A stretch of 64,000 nucleotides of DNA. It comes from an uncultured Verrucomicrobiae bacterium. Its GTDB lineage: Bacteria > Verrucomicrobiota > Verrucomicrobiia > Chthoniobacterales > Chthoniobacteraceae. The DNA lies in NCBI GenBank assembly GCA_963769025.1, contig CAVYKI010000009.1, positions 1,088,001 through 1,152,000 of the forward strand. The letters are read 5' to 3'. The notes under the pieces were generated by a model that saw nothing but the letters and a program-made list of their open reading frames with translations, did not search any database and was not told the origin of the DNA. Position numbers and translations under genes: made by a program. Below are positions 38,452-48,996 of the stretch, one piece after another (the first letter of the stretch is position 1; each line of letters starts with the position of its first letter).

Positions 38452-38604
38452 AGGGAGGGAAAAGGATGAAGTTTCAAGGATGAGCCGGAAACTTTGGCTT
38501 CCGCGACGGGCAACCTTTTAGTCGAACGCGGTCGCAGACCGGATTTTCCATCGTTTGATGCGGTTTTTGCTTCAAAAAAGGCTCTTTTTCAAGGTTGCGA
38601 GGTG

Positions 38605-39087
38605 ATTCTCCGACGCAAGAAAACCATTCTCCGACGCAAGAAAACCATTCTCCGACGCAAGAAAACCATTCTCCGACGCAAGAAAACCATTCTCCGACGC
38701 AAGAAAACCATTCTCCGACGCAAGAAAACCATTCTCCGACGCAAGAAAACCATTCTCCGACGCAAGAAAACCATTCTCCGACGCAAGAGAACCATTCTCC
38801 GACGCAAGAGAACCATTCTCCGACGCAAGAGAACCATTCTCCGACGCAAGAGAACCATTCTCCGACGCAAGAGAACCATTCTCCGACGCAAGAGAACCAT
38901 TCTCCGACGCAAGAGAACCATTCTCCGACGCAAGAGAACCATTCTCCGACGCAAGAGAACCATTCTCCGACGCAAGAAAACCATTCTCCGACGCAAGAGA
39001 ACCGCTCCCCGACGCAAGTGAACCGTTCTCCGACGCAAGAGAACCATTCTCCGACGCAAGAGAACGATCCTCCGCCGGAAGAGAAGC
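38605..39087. repeat. 21-bp tandem array, 23 units, ATTCTCCGACGCAAGA(A/G)AACC
   Basis: 8 A-variant, 9 G-variant, 1 A, 1 G, then 4 variably degenerate units; no spacers. Confidence 0.98.
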
Positions 39088-39171
39088 GAAGGCGTCCAGC
39101 ATCATCTCCAGAAGGGCAGGCGGTCCGGTTTCCCCTTCCATCATGCAGTCCGCGCGCTAGCGTGCGCGGCT

Positions 39172-39882
39172 GTGCCAGTCTTCTCCGGCATTTTCCGCAA
39201 TCTAGTCTTCAAGCCGATCTTGCGGCCGGTTTTTCGCGTGCTCACCGGGGTGCTGGCCATCCCGGTGTTTCGGTTTGTGATGCGGCGTTTCTTTCACCGG
39301 AAAAAGCTCACGAAGGAAATGGAGCGGGACCTGGAGATGTGGTTCCGGGGCGCGGTGATCCTGCTCGCGGCGACGGCGAATCTGGAGGATTTTCTCTTCG
39401 GCTGGCTGCCCTGGCACAAGAGCGAGGAGCCGTGGCTGACCATGCTGCTGCGCCTGCTGCTGGCCGTCGGGGTCATCGAGCACATGCCCGACCAGGAGGT
39501 GTTTGGCATCCTGCATCGCGGGCCGCCACAGGTGAAGCTGACCAGCCGCAGCGGGTGGAAGGAAGCCTGGCGGCGGCGGCGGGAATTCCTGCGCGGCCTC
39601 GTGGTCCTCCACCTGAAGCGCTCCTCGCCGGTGTTTGTCATCATGACGGTGATCTTCGGAAACCAGCCGGGCACGCGCGAGTTCATCGTCGGATGGATCT
39701 TCTACGGCCTCGCGGTCGCGCAGTACTTGATCATCGGGCTGGTGACCGAGGGCGACCGGCTCCGGGGCTTGCTGGCGGAGTTCGACCGCAGTGCGGAGGC
39801 GCTCCGGAAGGAGATCGCGGCGAAGGAACCTGCTTCCGCAACCCCGGCGAATGACGGGACGACACCGATCTCGCCCCCGTAG
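39172..39882 (+). CDS. Hypothetical membrane protein
   Basis: 236-aa ORF with several hydrophobic helices and host-like codon usage. Confidence 0.75.
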   Translation: MPVFSGIFRNLVFKPILRPVFRVLTGVLAIPVFRFVMRRFFHRKKLTKEMERDLEMWFRGAVILLAATANLEDFLFGWLPWHKSEEPWLTMLLRLLLAVGVIEHMPDQEVFGILHRGPPQVKLTSRSGWKEAWRRRREFLRGLVVLHLKRSSPVFVIMTVIFGNQPGTREFIVGWIFYGLAVAQYLIIGLVTEGDRLRGLLAEFDRSAEALRKEIAAKEPASATPANDGTTPISPP

Positions 39883-39983
39883 CGACGACCGCCAGACTGT
39901 GAATGGGCTGCCCCGCTACACGCCGCCAGCCGAGGGCGGGTAATCGGCATTTGCCTCGCGACGGGGAAGTCGCGCGCGGCTTC

Positions 39984-41753
39984 TCAGGCGCATTGAGTCG
40001 TCGGAATGGCGAAGGCGCTGCCTTGCGATAGGATCGCTTTGTGAAGGACGGTCAGGAGCGTGCCCGTGCTGAAGGGCTTGTTGAGCATCTCGCTCACTTT
40101 GAGTGACTGCAATTCCTCGGCGCGCGCTTCATCCGCATACCCGGTCGAAGCAATCACGGAGACCGCCGGATTCATGCGCTTCAAAAGACGGCAGAGGGTC
40201 ACGCCATCCACCAGTGGCATCATGATGTCGGTGAGGACGACGCGGATTTCTGCGCCGTGCTGGGCATAGATGGATACCGCCTCGGTGCCATCCGCCGCCG
40301 CCATGGTGCTGTAGCCGTATCGGGTGAGCACGGATTCGGTCGTGGTGCGGATGTCGTATTCGTCGTCCACCACGAGGATCAGTTCGCCATGTCCGACCGG
40401 GAACGGCGTTTCGACGTCCTCAAGCATCGGACAGGCGCCTCCGGACGCGACCGGCAGCCAGAATTCGAAGGTGGTGCCCCGGCCCTGTTCGCTCCGCAAG
40501 TTCAGCACGCCGTCGTGGCTTTTCACGATGCCGCTGGCAGTGGAGAGGCCGAGGCCGGTGCCCTTGCCCAGCGGTTTGGTCGTAAAAAATGGATCGAAGA
40601 TTTTGGCGATGATCTCGCGGGGGATGCCCATGCCGCTGTCGGCGACCCTGAATACGACGTACCGTCCGGGTTGAACCCCCGGCGTCATGCACGCAGATGC
40701 CGCGTCGAACTCAACATTGTCGGCGCTGAGGCGCAGCGTGCCGCCGTCGGGCATGGCGTCGCGGGCGTTCACGCAGAGATTCATGAGCACTTGATGGAGT
40801 TGCGTGGCGTCGCCGTTCACGCAGAACAGGTTCTTGGCAATGTCGCACTGGATGCGAACGTTTCGCGGGAAGGTACCCGAGATGACGTTGACGATTTCGT
40901 GGAGCAGATGGCTGGGCTCGAGACGCGAACGCGCGCCCTCCGCACCGCGGGCAAAGGTGAGCACCTGCTTGACCAACACGGCGGCACGCTGCGCGGAATT
41001 TTCGATCATCGCGACCAGTCCCCTCGATTCCTCGGCGATGTCCACATTCAGCAATCCCGCGGACATGAGGATCGGCGAGAGCATGTTGTTCAAGTCATGC
41101 GCGATACCGCTGGCGAGGGTGCCAATGCTCTCGAGACGCTGGGCGCGCAGAAGGTGGTCCTCGGCCTGCTTGCGCTGTTCCATCTCGGCGAGGAGCCGCT
41201 TGTTCATTTCGCGGAGATCGCGGGTGCGCTCCTCGACGACCCGCTCCGTTTCCGCAAGGCGATCGCGGGCCTCGTGGGTCAGCCTCCATTTTTCGCAGAG
41301 CGCGCAGGCGAGTTGCAGCGCCTCGATGGCCGCGAATGGCTTTTTGAGCACCAGCAACCGGTCGCGGTTACCGAGGCGGTCCACCATTTCCTGCCACGAA
41401 TAGTCCGAGTAGGCGGTGCACATGACCACCTGCAGCTCCGGGCAAAGCTGCCAGAGGCGCTCCGCAGTCTCGATGCCATCCGCGCCGGGAGGCATCCGCA
41501 CGTCCACAAACGCCATCGCAAACGGACGCCCCTCCTCGATCGCCAGGCGAAGCGCGACCACGCCTTCATCCCCCTGATAGGCCGAGGTGAGTTCGAAAGT
41601 CGGCTGCCCCGGGGATGGCACGGGCTTGCCGAAGAACTCCGCCTCCGCCTGGTCGCTCGCGTCATTTACGGGGCAGAGGATCTTGCGAAAATCCTCATGG
41701 ATCGCGCGGTTGTCATCGATGACGAGGATGCGGTGGTTGGAGTGCGTGCTCAT
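39984..41753 (-). CDS. Hybrid kinase REC-HisKA-HATPase-REC
   Basis: ILVIDDN...DVRMPPG; IAHDLNN; NLCVNARDAM; GKGTGLGL; second receiver. Confidence 0.93.
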   Translation of the reverse strand: MSTHSNHRILVIDDNRAIHEDFRKILCPVNDASDQAEAEFFGKPVPSPGQPTFELTSAYQGDEGVVALRLAIEEGRPFAMAFVDVRMPPGADGIETAERLWQLCPELQVVMCTAYSDYSWQEMVDRLGNRDRLLVLKKPFAAIEALQLACALCEKWRLTHEARDRLAETERVVEERTRDLREMNKRLLAEMEQRKQAEDHLLRAQRLESIGTLASGIAHDLNNMLSPILMSAGLLNVDIAEESRGLVAMIENSAQRAAVLVKQVLTFARGAEGARSRLEPSHLLHEIVNVISGTFPRNVRIQCDIAKNLFCVNGDATQLHQVLMNLCVNARDAMPDGGTLRLSADNVEFDAASACMTPGVQPGRYVVFRVADSGMGIPREIIAKIFDPFFTTKPLGKGTGLGLSTASGIVKSHDGVLNLRSEQGRGTTFEFWLPVASGGACPMLEDVETPFPVGHGELILVVDDEYDIRTTTESVLTRYGYSTMAAADGTEAVSIYAQHGAEIRVVLTDIMMPLVDGVTLCRLLKRMNPAVSVIASTGYADEARAEELQSLKVSEMLNKPFSTGTLLTVLHKAILSQGSAFAIPTTQCA

Positions 41754-43750
41754 GAATTTTCGGGGGTCAAGGGGATCTCGATGGTGAAAGTGGCGCCCGT
41801 GCCGGGCCCGTCGCTGTGTGCGCGGAGCGAGCCGCCCATCTCGGACGCGGCCAGCGCGCTGCTGTGGAGCCCGAATCCGTGCCCCTGCTTTCGCGTGGTG
41901 AATCCGTGTTCGAAGATGCGGGTGAGGTTTTCCGGAGCGATGCCGATGCCATTGTCGCTCACCGAGACTTTTGCGAACTTCCCGCCATTCAGCTGCGCAC
42001 GCACCGTGACCTGCTTGTGCGTACCGCCGCCCTCGTCACATGCATACTTTGCGTTGCGGACGAGGTTCATCAAAATGAGCAGGAGCTTGTTGCGATCGAA
42101 AGGGATGGGGGGAATCGCGGGATCAAATTCGCGCACGAGATGCGTGCCGTGGCGGAGGAAGGCGTTCGCATTCATCCGCAGCGCGTCCTCGATCACTCCG
42201 TCCAGGGGCAGCGTCTCCACGACGCCGCCCGAGCCCGCGAAGCTCTGCTGCATGGCCACGATCTCGTTGATGTGCTCGATGTTCGCACGCAGCGAGGCGA
42301 GTTCGCGGAGTACCGTCTGCCGTTCCGCGATGAAGTGCTCGGCGAGCTGGGTGAGGAATTTCGGCAGTTTGGAACCCTGCGGGTGCTCCGCAAAAAACGC
42401 CGGAAGCTCCTCCGTATGCTCGTTCACCAGCTCCGCGACGCGGCCCAGTCCCGCGGCCTTCAGGCGGGAGACCTTGTCGGTGGCGATGCCGATGGACGTG
42501 TAGACGCTGTTGAGGACGTTGCCCACATTGTGCAACACGCTGGAGGCCACCTCGGCCATTCCAGCCTGCCTCGAGGTGTCGAGCAACTGCCTGTGGATTC
42601 GACGCAGCTCACTTTCGGCATGCTTTCGCTCGGTGATGTCGTGAAGAAACGCACTGAAAAGCACCGTGGTCCCGAGACGGATCGGGGAGATGGCCAGTTC
42701 GACGGGCAGCTCATGCCCGTCCTGATGCAGGACACCGATCTCGGTGCGCTGGTTCAGCGCCGCGCCGTCCCCAGAGGCAAAGAAGTGATCGAGCCGCTGG
42801 CGGTGGGCTTCGCGGTGGCTCGGCGCGACGAGCATCTCGGAGAAGTTGCGCCCCAGCGCTTCCGCCTGCGTCCAGCCGCAGGTCAGCTCGGCCTGCCGGT
42901 TCCAAGCGGTGATCGCACCGGTCGCGTCGGTCGTGATGATGGCATCCGATGCAGTGTCCACGATGAGTCGGATGCGCTCTTCACTGGCACGCAGGGCCGC
43001 GGTGCGTTCCTCGACCCGCTTTTCCAAGGTGACCTGTGCTGCCTGGCGCTCGGCGTCCCGCGCCTCCACCTGCGCCAGTAATGCGCGGGTGGCGGCGAGC
43101 GAAAGGCCGAGGCAAAGGAGCGTGAACCCCGTGAGCACCACCGTCGCGAGGAGCCCGAAATGATCGGACTGCGCGAGGAGCACGGTGGTGCGCACGCCGG
43201 CTGCGTTGGAGAGCTGAAAGTATTGCTCGTTGAGGGCGCCAAGCTGCGTCTCGATCTTGTCCTGCGCCGGTCCGACCTGCTGGTCGAGCGTGGCCATCGC
43301 CTTTTCAAACTCACCCACGGCGAGCTCGGTCTGGAACTTTTCCGCGCTCTTGCGATAGCGTTCCTCATCCTCGGCAAATGCGGCAAGGAAGCGTTGCGTG
43401 GGCTCATCCTTGGCGAGCAGCTTCAGGAGGGAAATGCTGCGGTTCACCTGCACCGTGGCTTCCTGGAATGCCTGCTTTTGCTGCTTCATGGCCTCCTCGT
43501 CCCTCGCGAGCGCAAACTGGTAGGTAATGCTCTTCAACGTAAGCGCGGCGTCCTGCAACCGGGCAAGGGTGACCAGGCCCGGCAGGAACTGACGGGTGAG
43601 GGTCTCCGTCTGCTGGGTGCCCTGCCGGGAGTATTTCCGGGAGATGATGGTGACGACGGTGACGCCGAGCGCGATCAGCGCGAAGCATCCGGCTGTGAGC
43701 AGCATCGCCTGACGGAACCCGAAATTGCGGGTGAAACGGGTGAGGTTCAT
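41750..43750 (-). CDS. Sensor histidine kinase (periplasmic helical domain, PAS)
   Basis: Two TM helices, PAS (WNRQAE...GW...EALG), VLHNVGN, NLVRNA, GHGFGL. Confidence 0.93.
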   Translation of the reverse strand: MNLTRFTRNFGFRQAMLLTAGCFALIALGVTVVTIISRKYSRQGTQQTETLTRQFLPGLVTLARLQDAALTLKSITYQFALARDEEAMKQQKQAFQEATVQVNRSISLLKLLAKDEPTQRFLAAFAEDEERYRKSAEKFQTELAVGEFEKAMATLDQQVGPAQDKIETQLGALNEQYFQLSNAAGVRTTVLLAQSDHFGLLATVVLTGFTLLCLGLSLAATRALLAQVEARDAERQAAQVTLEKRVEERTAALRASEERIRLIVDTASDAIITTDATGAITAWNRQAELTCGWTQAEALGRNFSEMLVAPSHREAHRQRLDHFFASGDGAALNQRTEIGVLHQDGHELPVELAISPIRLGTTVLFSAFLHDITERKHAESELRRIHRQLLDTSRQAGMAEVASSVLHNVGNVLNSVYTSIGIATDKVSRLKAAGLGRVAELVNEHTEELPAFFAEHPQGSKLPKFLTQLAEHFIAERQTVLRELASLRANIEHINEIVAMQQSFAGSGGVVETLPLDGVIEDALRMNANAFLRHGTHLVREFDPAIPPIPFDRNKLLLILMNLVRNAKYACDEGGGTHKQVTVRAQLNGGKFAKVSVSDNGIGIAPENLTRIFEHGFTTRKQGHGFGLHSSALAASEMGGSLRAHSDGPGTGATFTIEIPLTPENS

Positions 43751-43757
43751 CGGTGGC

Positions 43758-44177
43758 CTACTGCGGGGCTAAAACAGTGAGGCCGGCGGTCCGCCCGGAG
43801 TCGGTGATCACAATGGCGCCGGGCGTTTCAGTGGCGATTCGCTTCGCCTCCGCCTCGGTGTCGACAATCTTGGGCGCGCTGCCTCCGCCGGTCATGAACA
43901 GGCGACGCCAGTGGTTTTGAAACTGGCTGGTCGTCATGCCAAGATGGAACTGGAGAAAGGCGTTCTGGGCCTCGCTGTTCCTCGCCATGACGATGACGAC
44001 GCGCACGCCGCCGAGCGTGATCCTTTTGCCGAGAAGGACGGCCTTGATGCCCTCGGCATCGAGCGACTGGCCCGCAAGTTCGGCGTGACCGAGAAGTGCG
44101 GGCGCAGCGCGGAGATTCACCGACGAGCCGAAGAGGCTCGCAGCAAGAATCAGTGAGCGCAGAAGTTTGATAAGCAC
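43758..44177 (-). CDS. Small exported periplasmic-binding-protein-like protein
   Basis: Signal peptide; FQNHWRRLFMTGGGSAP...TPGAI; lies between the porin and the kinase. Confidence 0.75.
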   Translation of the reverse strand: MLIKLLRSLILAASLFGSSVNLRAAPALLGHAELAGQSLDAEGIKAVLLGKRITLGGVRVVIVMARNSEAQNAFLQFHLGMTTSQFQNHWRRLFMTGGGSAPKIVDTEAEAKRIATETPGAIVITDSGRTAGLTVLAPQ

Positions 44178-44207
44178 GGGAGTTAAGGCAGTGGTTTCCG
44201 GTGCGGG

Positions 44208-45617
44208 TCAGAACGAGAAGGTGAGCTTCGCGGCGAAGAGGAACCACGAATTGTCACGGCCAGAGACGGGCTGCGGGTTCTCGACGGTGTCGAAGACCTT
44301 GCCGGCATTAAGCATATAATGCCCTTCAAGCTTGAAGACGAGGTGCTCGTTGATGTCGAATCGCGCGCTGACGGCAAAGTCGTTCTGTTTGAGGACCGGC
44401 AGGCTTAGGTTGCCGTACGGACTGTTCACCAACGGCTCCGTATCCCGGGAGTGACTGTAATAAACGCCCAGCTCCAGCCACGAGTTGATCCTGCGAGCGA
44501 CCGACAGGTAGTAATAGTCGCTGTTGAAATCCATGTCCAAATAGTGTGCACCGGCCAGATCGGTGTTGTAGAAGGCCGAGTCCCGTCCCGCCTCGGCGGC
44601 GAATACCCAATTGCCCTTCGTATACTCGACCGAAAACAGATGCCGTTGATAGGAGTCCGTGGACTTCGTGCCTACGACGTTCACAAAAGGCTGATCCAGT
44701 CCGTTCAGTGGCAAATCCGCCCGGCGCACGGAACTCAGATTCTGGAACGAGCTGTACGAGTATCCGAGGCGAAGTCCTGCGAGCGGGGTGTTCCAAAATA
44801 CGGAACCCCCAGCCACGGAATCCATCTTCATGCCCAAGCCCACGGACGGATAATCGTTATTGAAGTAGTCGCTGGCTCCCGATTCCGTGCCGATGGGAAT
44901 ATCGCCAAAGAAAGCCCGGTAATCGATGCTCCCGGCTTCCTTCAAACTGACATTGCCGAAGATCATGCCGCCGTTGAAGGAGGCGTTGAAATCCCGCAGG
45001 CGCGCGTCATAGACGCTCTGCGGCAAGAGGACGAAAGGACGGACGGAATCGAGGTCGAGTGCCTCGTTGTAAAGCCCGCGCGGCATTTTCACACGGCCGG
45101 CACGCACGCCAAACCACTGCGCAGGCTGATAATCCACCGTCGCCCAATCGATATCCAGCTTGTCATTGCCGTAATCGCCGAGCTTTTGGCCGAAGGCCTG
45201 AATGCCCAATCGCCATTTTCCTATGGCATAGGACGCATTGACGCCGTACTCGCGGAAATCAAAAGTTCCCGCGCTGGTATCGCCAAGGTACTTGTTGTGC
45301 CCGGTATTGGCGATGAAGCCCTGGCTGACAAACCCGCCGAACTGCACGGAGGTCATGGATCCCTTCATCAGTTGCTGGATGGAATCAGAAAGGCTGGACG
45401 AACGGTCGGCACCCATCGCCGGAGTGCCAAGGAGACCGATGGCACAGGCCAAAGCACAGCCTTTTGCGCCCGAGAGAAGCTGCCGCCGCACTGCAGGTAT
45501 CCGCGGAGCCGCCGACTCGGAAAGCGGGAGGATTGAATCACTCTCCGGGGGGTGGAACTGAGAATTCCGGATAGCGGCTTCCCCGGATATCCATGATGGC
45601 GTGGCGTTTATTTCCAT
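44208..45617 (-). CDS. Outer-membrane beta-barrel (porin-like); start uncertain
   Basis: Aromatic-rich alternating strands, VRAGRVKMPRGLYNE, C-terminal LTFSF. Confidence 0.8.
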   Translation of the reverse strand: MEINATPSWISGEAAIRNSQFHPPESDSILPLSESAAPRIPAVRRQLLSGAKGCALACAIGLLGTPAMGADRSSSLSDSIQQLMKGSMTSVQFGGFVSQGFIANTGHNKYLGDTSAGTFDFREYGVNASYAIGKWRLGIQAFGQKLGDYGNDKLDIDWATVDYQPAQWFGVRAGRVKMPRGLYNEALDLDSVRPFVLLPQSVYDARLRDFNASFNGGMIFGNVSLKEAGSIDYRAFFGDIPIGTESGASDYFNNDYPSVGLGMKMDSVAGGSVFWNTPLAGLRLGYSYSSFQNLSSVRRADLPLNGLDQPFVNVVGTKSTDSYQRHLFSVEYTKGNWVFAAEAGRDSAFYNTDLAGAHYLDMDFNSDYYYLSVARRINSWLELGVYYSHSRDTEPLVNSPYGNLSLPVLKQNDFAVSARFDINEHLVFKLEGHYMLNAGKVFDTVENPQPVSGRDNSWFLFAAKLTFSF

Positions 45618-45635
45618 TTTAGGACAACCAAACCT

Positions 45636-45651
45636 AGCCGACGCCATGCCA
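45636..45651 (-). promoter_or_regulatory. Putative sigma54 promoter of the porin-PBP-kinase operon
   Basis: TGGCATGGCGTCGGCT (GG-N10-GC) in an AT-richer intergenic region. Confidence 0.35.
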
Positions 45652-45826
45652 ACACCCTCCGTAAACTCAATTCTTTTATCACCTCGTTCCCATTCAAATG
45701 TCGCGGATAAAGCCTGTCCGCAGGGTCGACGCACCACGCGTCATTTCCGGCATCGCGCCGTCCTGATGCAGCACTCCATTCACAATCTCATACCCCCGCG
45801 GCACCCGCTTTCCGGCCCGCCGCGGC

Positions 45827-47259
45827 CTAGGCCGACGACTCGAGAACTCTCAGGTCGGCACGCTTGTTTTCGTAGCTCTCGTTAAACGCGGCGACCCTGG
45901 GCTCCGGCTTCACCCCCCAGTTTTCGCACGCGGCGGAATAGACGTCCGGCCACCAGTTGCGGTGCTGCGTGAGGCCCTCGTCGCGCCATTGCGCGCCAGC
46001 CGATGAGGACCTTGCTCCAGCAGCGGTCGCCCTACTCGATGGCCTCCTTCGCGTTGTCGAACTGGCTGACGTACCAGTCGCGGCCGACGCGCGCGTGCAG
46101 CACTTCGTCGGCCCAGTCGTAAGTCCTGGAACGTGCGCGGAGAGCGGTTGCTGCGACGCGACGCGCGATCTCCCACTCGAAGCGCTTGCCGGTCTTCGGC
46201 ATCAGCCCCTGCTCGATGAAGTAGAGCACGGCGTGCCGCTCCTTCGGCGCGAGTTGGGTGTTGAGCCCGAGCGACCAGGTGAAGTTGACCATCACCTTCG
46301 TCCAGTCGACGCCCAGCGTCGACGAAGCCGACCTCGCCCATCATCGCGTGGCGCGCCTCGTCCCAGAGCTGGCGCGTCATGTCGCGGTAGTAGCCCCACG
46401 GCTTGCCCGGCGTCTCGGTGATGATGCTGGCCATCATCTCCGGCACGTCGATTTCGCGGAGGCGCTTGTAGAACATCATCAGCGTCTTCGGCTGCGCGCG
46501 GCATCTCCGGGTCGTAGAGGAACGCCTCGGCGTTCACGCCCATGTTGTAGGGATCGGGGAAACGCTCGTCGCGCTGCGGCACGCGGTCGTAGGTGTACGG
46601 CTTCGCCGAAAAGTGACGGGGTGCGCGTGCGGGCGAGACTTCCGCGGAGCCGTCGAGCGTTCCCGCGGCCGCGAGCGCGCAATCGAGCAGCGCAAGCCAC
46701 TCCGCGAAGCGCGTGCGCTCGGCGGCGGCGACGAGCTGCGCGACGGCCTTCGTGCCGTAGCCGGCATGTCACCGAGTTCGAGCAGCGCGAACCGCAGCAC
46801 GCGACGGCTCGGCGCATCGGCGAGCGGATTCGCCGCCGCGCTGTAGCGTTCCATCGCCTGCACGAGCTCGGGGACCACTTTCTCGTACAGCCCGAGCAGG
46901 AGCGCGGCCGTGTCCGGCGCGGCGAGGATTTCGTCGAAGAAGATCTCGAGGTTCGCATCCGGCACGACCTCCAGCCCGAGCGGCGGCTCGCGCATCTCGC
47001 CGACGCGCGCACGCAGCGCCGTGGCGTGCTCGGCGCAGTAGTGGCCATGCAGCGAGAAGGCCATCTTCAGCTCATAGATCGGCTCGGCGGTGAGCCGTGC
47101 GATGAAGATCTCGTGCAGCCGGCGGAAGGCGTAGTGGAAGCGCTTCAGCCGCCGCACGCATTCGTCCACGGAGAGGCCGGGCGTCCGCGCTTCGTCGAAC
47201 GAAGCGAGGCCGGCGAGGGGCGGGAGGCTCTGGTACGGGGTGTAGTTCTCGATGGCCAT
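45827..47259 (-). pseudogene. Ferritin-like / di-iron protein, broken by roughly six frameshifts
   Basis: Pieces from MAIENYTPY to LRVLESSA* in alternating frames; ExxH-type motifs WDEARH and DWADEVLH. Confidence 0.65.
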
Positions 47260-47322
47260 GCAGGGAGAATAACCTGCGGGCGGCGCGATTCCAGACTTCG
47301 CGTGAGCCCGGCGACCCCGCAA

Positions 47323-48318
47323 CTACTCCGGTTTCGGATCGCGGCCGAGCAGGCGCGCCATCGCGTCGGCGGGCGAGACGGCACCGTCGAGGATTGCCTT
47401 CACCTGATCGATGATCGGAGTTTCGACCCCGAGCTTCCGCGCGCATTCGAATGCGCTGTAAGTCGTCGGCACGCCTTCCGCGACCATCTGCATCGACGAC
47501 ACGATGTCCGCGAGACGCTCGCCTTTTCCGAGGCGCTCGCCGACCGCGCGGTTGCGGCTGTGCCGGCTGAAGCACGTGACCATCAAATCCCCCACCCCGC
47601 TGAGGCCCATGAAGGTCTCGCGCCTGCCGCCGAGCGCGGTGCCGAGGCGGCCGAGTTCCACAAGCGCACGCGTCACGAGCGCGGACTTCGCATTGTCGCC
47701 GAGGCCGAGTCCGTCGCCTGCGCCCGCAGCGAGCGCGTAGATGTTTTTCAGCGCGCCGCCAAACTCAACGCCCGCGACATCCTCGCTCGTGTAGGCCCGG
47801 AAAAACGGGGCGGTGAATGCGCGCTGCAGCTTTTGCGCGATGCCGGAATCGCTGCAGCCGAGCACCACGCAGGTCGGCATCTTGCGCGCGACTTCCTCCG
47901 CGTGGCTCGGCCCGCTCAGTGCGGCGAGCGGATGATCCGGAAAATGTTCGGCGATGACTTCGCTCATCCGCAGCCCGCTCCCGCGCTCCACGCCTTTCGT
48001 GCAGCTCAGGAGCACGGCGCCGGCCCGCACGCCGCTCGCCGAAAGCCGCGCGGCCACCTCGCGGACCGCCTTCGATGGCGTGACGACGAGCAGGAGATCG
48101 CACTCTGCGAGATCGCCGAGTTCCGGGGTGAGGCGGAGCGATTCGGGAATGGCCACGCCCGGCAGGCAGATGGCGTTCTCGCGCCGCGTCGCGATTTCAC
48201 CGACGTGCCTGGGATCGTGGCCCCACATGGTGACCGGCACTCCGTTGCCGAGCAGCACGAGCGAGAGCGCAGTGCCCCAACTCCCGGCCCCGATGACTCC
48301 GACATTTTGAAAACTCAC
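47323..48318 (-). CDS. gpsA: NAD(P)H-dependent glycerol-3-phosphate dehydrogenase
   Basis: GAGSWGTAL, GGALKN, GVGDLMVTC..SRN. Confidence 0.96.
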   Translation of the reverse strand: MSFQNVGVIGAGSWGTALSLVLLGNGVPVTMWGHDPRHVGEIATRRENAICLPGVAIPESLRLTPELGDLAECDLLLVVTPSKAVREVAARLSASGVRAGAVLLSCTKGVERGSGLRMSEVIAEHFPDHPLAALSGPSHAEEVARKMPTCVVLGCSDSGIAQKLQRAFTAPFFRAYTSEDVAGVEFGGALKNIYALAAGAGDGLGLGDNAKSALVTRALVELGRLGTALGGRRETFMGLSGVGDLMVTCFSRHSRNRAVGERLGKGERLADIVSSMQMVAEGVPTTYSAFECARKLGVETPIIDQVKAILDGAVSPADAMARLLGRDPKPE

Positions 48319-48938
48319 GACTTTTTCCTCCCGAAGCGGTTCTCAGTCCCCGCGCGCAGCCGGGCGATGTTTGCCCGGTGGCGCACGATCACCAGAACGC
48401 CGGCAAACGTAGCGAAGCCGGCGCTGGGCCAGCCATACGGCCATTCCGTGAACTGCGCCACGATCGCGACGGCCGGCAGCGCCACCGCCGCGACGATGCT
48501 GGCGAGCGAGACGTAGCCGCTCGCCTTGAAAACGATCAGCCACAGCAGCAGCGCGCAAAGGCTCGCGAGCGGCATCAGTCCCAGCAGCACGCCGAGCGAG
48601 GTCGCGACTCCCTTGCCTCCTTTGAACCCGAGCCAGACTGGAAAGCTGTGGCCGAGCACGCAGGCAAGCGCGCCCGCGATGGCCGCCCAAGCCGGATCGC
48701 CGCCCAGTCGCACGGCCAGCCAGCGCGAGAAATAGACGGCGGCAACGCCCTTCACCACATCGAGCACGAAGACCGGCAGGCCGTACCGCCAGCCGCAGAC
48801 ACGCCAGACATTCGTCGCGCCGATGTTGCCGCTCCCGTGCTTGCGGATGTCCAAGCCCTTCAGGCGCGCCGCCAACAATCCGAATGGCACGGAGCCAAGC
48901 AAGTAACCGGCGAGGAGGCTGAGGCAGAGGGCGAGCAC
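48315..48938 (-). CDS. plsY: Glycerol-3-phosphate acyltransferase
   Basis: GSGNIGATN, FKGGKGVAT, RHRANI.RL..GTE. Confidence 0.96.
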   Translation of the reverse strand: MLALCLSLLAGYLLGSVPFGLLAARLKGLDIRKHGSGNIGATNVWRVCGWRYGLPVFVLDVVKGVAAVYFSRWLAVRLGGDPAWAAIAGALACVLGHSFPVWLGFKGGKGVATSLGVLLGLMPLASLCALLLWLIVFKASGYVSLASIVAAVALPAVAIVAQFTEWPYGWPSAGFATFAGVLVIVRHRANIARLRAGTENRFGRKKS

Positions 48939-48996
48939 GTGCCGGATGGGATGTTTTCGCGAGGCGCGGTGTCAAGCACGCGGCAAGACGAACGCG

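Noticed and set aside
38605..39087. CRISPR array
   Set aside because: Units are contiguous with no unique spacers, and no cas genes are in the window
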